From Candidatus Limnocylindrales bacterium (GTDB taxonomy: Bacteria; Chloroflexota; Limnocylindria; Limnocylindrales; CSP1-4), in the NCBI GenBank assembly GCA_036558545.1, contig DATBFJ010000101.1, positions 364 through 64,363 on the forward strand: a stretch of DNA of 64,000 nt, in the 5' to 3' direction. The notes under the pieces are model-generated. The model was not told where the DNA came from, did not search any database, and saw only the letters and a list, made by a program, of their open reading frames with translations. Positions within the stretch are counted from its first letter, which is position 1; each line of letters begins with the position of its first letter. Of the stretch, positions 60,352 through 64,000 are shown in pieces. A program made the translations under genes and the position numbers.

Positions 60352-63300
60352 CGATCAACGAGCGAATCTGCGCCGACTTTTGTGAAGAAGTCTCGTGCCG
60401 CGCTGAGTGCCTGCTCCGCTTCCGGCATGTGGCCCGCACCGCGTGTCCCGACAGCCAGCTGAATCAGCGCCAGCGTCAAGCTGTAGTGCGCTGCCGTGAA
60501 ACCGCGTTCGGCAACGGCGTAGGACGCTCGAGCGTCGGGCCATCGTTCCTCGAGCATGGCCAGCACTGACTCCAGCGCGGCGCGCATGGCGACCTGCTGG
60601 GTGCCACGACGTTCGAACTCTGCGAATTTCTCGAGTTCGGTGCGAACCCAATTCGCGTTGCCGGCCGCACTGGCGCCAGCGGCCACGACGGCGGTGACGA
60701 AGTCAAATCCGTCCGCGATCACCCACGCACGCTCGGCAAAATCGAACATGGTCGGCCAGTCCTGTGAAGCAAACGCGAGGACAGCCTCCGTCGCATCCAT
60801 GCCAGTCGCCGCTTGAGTGCTTTCCACTCCGACCTGCAGGCGCGCCTCGGCCAATTCGGCACGAGCCCGCTCGAGATCACCGCGATAGGCGTCACGAACT
60901 GCGTTCTGGGAATTCCGCCATCCGCCATAGAAACCGGGTGCGTCAAGCTCTTCAACGATTGCCGTCCAACTGTCGAAATCACCAAGTTCGAGAGAGGACT
61001 CCCTGGCAACGTGGGCAAACTGGTACGCCCACGTCAAGAAGCCGTGCGCCCTCGCCATCGCGTAGCCATCCTTCATGAGCTGTAGCGCCAGCGCCGCGTC
61101 GTTGCCTGACGCGTTTCCAAGCATGTTGTTGCGTGCCCGGAGCGCTAACCACAGTTCACCGTTGCGTTCAGCGACTTCCATCGCCCCCAAAAGAAGGATT
61201 TCGCCTTCGGTCGCGTGGTCACGAGAGTTCGCCATCGCGGTGCCCTTGGTGATGAGCACGTCGGTAACCAGGTAATCGCTGATCAGTTTTGAAGAGGCCA
61301 AAGCTCGATCGCTTACCTCGATAGACCTGTCGTAATCCCCGGCCATCATCAGCGCGCGGGCCATTTCGGCCTGCGCCTCGACGATTTCGATGGAAGGCGG
61401 CAGATCGGCAACGTCCTGGAGAGCGGGCTCGAGCAGCGCGAGCGCCGCCCGCTCGTTGTGGAAGGAATGCTCGACCCAGGTGCGACGCGTTATGGCGTGC
61501 AGCAGCGCCAGGCGATCGCCCGTGGCGCGCGCAAGCGTTTCGAGCGCCTTGGCATGGTCGTTGGCTACCTCGTAAAGGCCGGCCTCCGCGGCCGCGGGCA
61601 CGGCTCGCTCATGCAATGCCGCTTGCTCGGCCGGGTCTGGTGTAACGGAAAGTCCCTGGTCGAGGTAGCTCAAGGCCTGCCGGTACGAGTGCAAAGCGAT
61701 CGCTCGATCAGCGGCAGCGCGCAGTGAGACGCGGGCCTGGGCGGCCAGCGCATCTGCTTCGGGACCTGTCGGCGTCGCCTTGTACGCCTCCACGTAATGA
61801 CTCGCCTGGACACCAGCCAGCTCGTCGTCACCGAGTGCCTCGTAATACCGCGCAGCCGCGAGATGCAGCGAGCGGCGGTCGGCACGCGACAGGGATGATT
61901 CGGCGACCTCGCGGACAACGGCCTGCACGAACTGGTATTGGCCGCGTTCGGGCGAGCGCGGGTCCACGTCCACGGCGAGCATCTGGCGACGCACGAGGCT
62001 GCCGAGCAGCTCGGAAAGCGATTCGGCGGACTCGCCCGAGATCGCCGCAAGCGACTCGACGGTGAAGCTCTTGCCCATGATGGCGGCTGATTGGACCAGC
62101 CTGCGCTCGCGCTCACCGAGCGCATCGAGGCGAGCGGCGATCAGCGCCTGTAGCGAATTCGGTACGGACAGATCGTCGAGCGAGCCCGTCACCTCGTAAG
62201 CACCGTTCGCCGAGCGTTGCAGGGAGCCGCGATCGAGCAGCATGCGGATCGTTTCCACGGCATAGAGCGGGATCCCTTCCGCCCGATCGACGATCGAATC
62301 CACCGCCCCGGCCGCGATGCCCGGCACGGTGCCAGTGACGAGTTCCTCCATCTTCGCCTTCTCGAGCGGCTCGAGCGTCATCGTCGTCAAGCTGCGCAGG
62401 TTCGAGCCCCAGCCTGGCCTTCGGTCATACAGTTCCGGTCGAGTCAGCGCGACGACGAAGACCGGCAGGTTGCGAGAGCGATCGAGCAGCTCCGTGACGA
62501 AGTCGAGCATGCCCTCGTCGGCCCACTGGATGTCCTCGAAGACGAGGATCACGGGACCGCGTGTCGCGATTCGCTCGAAGAAGGTGCGCCACGCGGCGAA
62601 GAGCTCGTCGCGCGTGCCCGGCGGCATCGCGTCCAGGGCAAGCAGACCGGCCAATCGCGGCTCAACCCAGTCGCGCTCCTGTTCGTCGGGCAGCCACTCC
62701 ACGACGGCCTCGTGGAGGCGAGCCCGCGCGACTGTCGGCTCGTCAGTCTCGGCGATACCCGCACGCCCGCGGACCATCTCGGCCAGCGCCCAGTAGCTGA
62801 TGCCGTCGCCGTAGGCGGGCGAGCGGCCGTGGTGCCAGTACACGAGCCCGACCACACCATCGATGTACTTCTCGAACTCCCACGCCACGCGGCTCTTGCC
62901 GATGCCACCCTGGCCGACCACGGACACGAGGCGCGCCTTCTGCTCGCGTTCGGTGGCATGGAACATGTCCTTGAGCAGGCGCAGCTCTTCGTCACGGCCG
63001 GTGAACGGTGGCTCGAGCGTCTCGTTGCGGCCCGTGCCGCCGCGCAACCCGATGACGGCCGAGGCGCGCCATGCTGGAACCGGCGCGGACTTGCCTTTCA
63101 GAAGCTGTTCGCCGGCTTCCTCGAAACGGATTGCGCCCTGTGCGGCATGGAACGTCGCTTCGCCGACGAGGACGGCTCCCGGAGGGGCGACCGACTGCAA
63201 ACGGCTCGCGGTGTTGACCAGGTCGCCTGCGACCATCCCCTGCCCGCTCGCGCCAATGGTCACGGCGGCGTGACCGGTGAGCACGCCTGCACGTGCCTGC

Positions 63301-63800
63301 GCACTGCGCGTATCGGATATGCCGGGCACGCCGTCGACGAGTTCGAGAGCGGCACGCACGGCGCGCTCCGCGTCGTCCTCGTGGGTAGTCGGCGTGCCCC
63401 ACACCGCCATCACGGCGTCACCGATGAACTTCTCGATCGTGCCGCCGTAGCGATCGACGATCGTCCGAGCCATGTCGAAGTAATGCGTCAGGAACTCGCG
63501 CGTGTCCTCGGGATCCTCGTCCTGGGACATCGTGGTGAAGCCGACCAGGTCGGCGAACAGCACGCTCACCAGGCGCCGTTCGGATGTTGGAGCCTGCGAA
63601 AGCTCTCCGCCCGGACTCGCCGGAGCCACTGCCACAGCGTTGTTGCCGGAGGCCAGGTTTGTGCCGCACTCACCGCAGAACTTGGCGGTCGGGGGATTCT
63701 GCGCGCCGCAGCTGGGACAGCCGGCATTGAGCCGGGTGCCGCACTCCAGGCAGAACTTACGGCCGGCCTCGTTAACCGTGCTGCAGCTTGGACAGATCAT
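60276..63800 (-). CDS. double zinc-ribbon + class III adenylate/guanylate cyclase + AAA/STAND ATPase + TPR-like repeat protein
   Basis: CPSCS...CLECG...CPSCG...CGECG. Cyclase motifs are VLFADLVGFT, KFIGDAVMAVWG and VNTASRLQ. P-loop VVGQGGIGKSRV. A long helical repeat C-terminus follows. Start ATG 63800. Confidence 0.9.
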   Translation of the reverse strand: MICPSCSTVNEAGRKFCLECGTRLNAGCPSCGAQNPPTAKFCGECGTNLASGNNAVAVAPASPGGELSQAPTSERRLVSVLFADLVGFTTMSQDEDPEDTREFLTHYFDMARTIVDRYGGTIEKFIGDAVMAVWGTPTTHEDDAERAVRAALELVDGVPGISDTRSAQARAGVLTGHAAVTIGASGQGMVAGDLVNTASRLQSVAPPGAVLVGEATFHAAQGAIRFEEAGEQLLKGKSAPVPAWRASAVIGLRGGTGRNETLEPPFTGRDEELRLLKDMFHATEREQKARLVSVVGQGGIGKSRVAWEFEKYIDGVVGLVYWHHGRSPAYGDGISYWALAEMVRGRAGIAETDEPTVARARLHEAVVEWLPDEQERDWVEPRLAGLLALDAMPPGTRDELFAAWRTFFERIATRGPVILVFEDIQWADEGMLDFVTELLDRSRNLPVFVVALTRPELYDRRPGWGSNLRSLTTMTLEPLEKAKMEELVTGTVPGIAAGAVDSIVDRAEGIPLYAVETIRMLLDRGSLQRSANGAYEVTGSLDDLSVPNSLQALIAARLDALGERERRLVQSAAIMGKSFTVESLAAISGESAESLSELLGSLVRRQMLAVDVDPRSPERGQYQFVQAVVREVAESSLSRADRRSLHLAAARYYEALGDDELAGVQASHYVEAYKATPTGPEADALAAQARVSLRAAADRAIALHSYRQALSYLDQGLSVTPDPAEQAALHERAVPAAAEAGLYEVANDHAKALETLARATGDRLALLHAITRRTWVEHSFHNERAALALLEPALQDVADLPPSIEIVEAQAEMARALMMAGDYDRSIEVSDRALASSKLISDYLVTDVLITKGTAMANSRDHATEGEILLLGAMEVAERNGELWLALRARNNMLGNASGNDAALALQLMKDGYAMARAHGFLTWAYQFAHVARESSLELGDFDSWTAIVEELDAPGFYGGWRNSQNAVRDAYRGDLERARAELAEARLQVGVESTQAATGMDATEAVLAFASQDWPTMFDFAERAWVIADGFDFVTAVVAAGASAAGNANWVRTELEKFAEFERRGTQQVAMRAALESVLAMLEERWPDARASYAVAERGFTAAHYSLTLALIQLAVGTRGAGHMPEAEQALSAARDFFTKVGADSLVDRYQVAIAEPERAARLATDAVPNATR

Positions 63801-63840
63801 CTGGCGCGAAACGTTACCAGCCGATGTCGCGCGGACGCGG

Positions 63841-63999
63841 TCAGGCTGGCGCGACCCAGCGTGTCCAGCCGAAGGTTGGCTGGTAGCCAAGCGACCGATA
63901 CATCTCGACGGCCGGAGTGTTCGCCTCAATCACGGACAGCCAGACGAGCTTATGCCCGGTGGCGAGGCCGGCGCGGGTTGCGATCGCGGTGAGCATCCG
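63841..63999 (-). CDS. GNAT-family acetyltransferase, C-terminal fragment (5' end outside window)
   Basis: Minus-strand frame reads ...RMLTAIATRAGLATGHKLVWLSVIEANTPAVEMYRSLGYQPTFGWTRWVAPA*. It is absent from the track because its start lies beyond nt 64000. Confidence 0.6.
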   Translation of the reverse strand, partial: RMLTAIATRAGLATGHKLVWLSVIEANTPAVEMYRSLGYQPTFGWTRWVAPA

Positions 64000-64000
64000 T

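Noticed and set aside
62217-63992. 591-aa ORF on the plus strand
   Set aside because: It is antisense to the cyclase/STAND gene with a low-complexity Arg/Ala/Gly-rich translation. It also masks the real minus-strand GNAT fragment at 63841-63999.
1-64000. Search for CRISPR arrays, rRNA, IS elements, long direct or inverted repeats, prophage or defence-island gene sets
   Set aside because: None seen. The only repeated coding sequences are the diverged paralog pairs: two methyltransferases, two small secreted proteins, two DinB proteins, several TetR regulators and the FAH-family genes.

Overview
Gene-dense, high-GC bacterial chromosomal window with about 70 protein genes and one tRNA-Gly. I recognised no rRNA, CRISPR array, transposase, integrase or phage gene. 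The gene content looks like Actinomycetota/Chloroflexota-type Terrabacteria: an F420-dependent Ddn-family reductase, DinB/MDMPI-like proteins, a GT39 glycosyltransferase, a zinc-ribbon/cyclase/STAND ATPase, GlgA+GlgP+GH57 and KorAB. Taxonomy cannot be fixed from the sequence alone. Layout: 0-3.6 kb holds an FAH-family fragment, an OmpR-type response regulator and GT39. 3.9-6.1 kb holds a SipW-type signal-peptidase operon with three secreted proteins. 6.0-9.1 kb holds a Crp/Fnr-PAS regulator, a GAF histidine kinase and CvpA. 9.2-18.8 kb holds scattered homogentisate-pathway genes (hppD, FAH, hmgA) mixed with TetR regulators, a VOC protein, a tautomerase and DinB proteins. 18.8-21.2 kb holds CorA, an iron permease and PadR. 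21.2-26.8 kb is one long minus-strand operon: BtuF-like protein, two paralogous SAM methyltransferases around a serine hydrolase, ProC, and a Trx-like-PRODH fusion. 26.9-33.6 kb holds an ABC-2 exporter, ferredoxin, cupredoxin, a zinc-ribbon protein, a sulfite-oxidase-like/FNR-like/DUF6510 triad, a YHS protein and LOG. 33.6-38.2 kb holds an M50-CBS protease, RpiB, AlkA, GH13 and tRNA-Gly. 38.4-43.9 kb holds a FkbM/ATP-grasp/BNR-lipoprotein/S1C-protease operon and a divergent GT4. 44-50 kb holds a Zn peptidase, CsbD, CBS-flanked korAB, a 368-nt non-coding gap and an exonuclease. 50-64 kb holds FtsH, ICMT, FabI, a glycogen cluster, TetR, a large adenylate-cyclase STAND protein and a GNAT fragment. 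Many long ORFs in the six-frame track are antisense or shadow ORFs typical of high-GC DNA, and several true genes start well inside the listed ORFs. The most interesting candidates are: the SipW-type operon with a near-consensus CRP-type palindrome upstream and a Crp-PAS regulator next door; the unassigned hairpin-rich 368-nt intergenic region with clustered DnaA-box-like motifs; and the tightly packed FkbM/ATP-grasp/beta-propeller/protease operon. All functional calls come from reading the translations and recalling family motifs. No database search was run.
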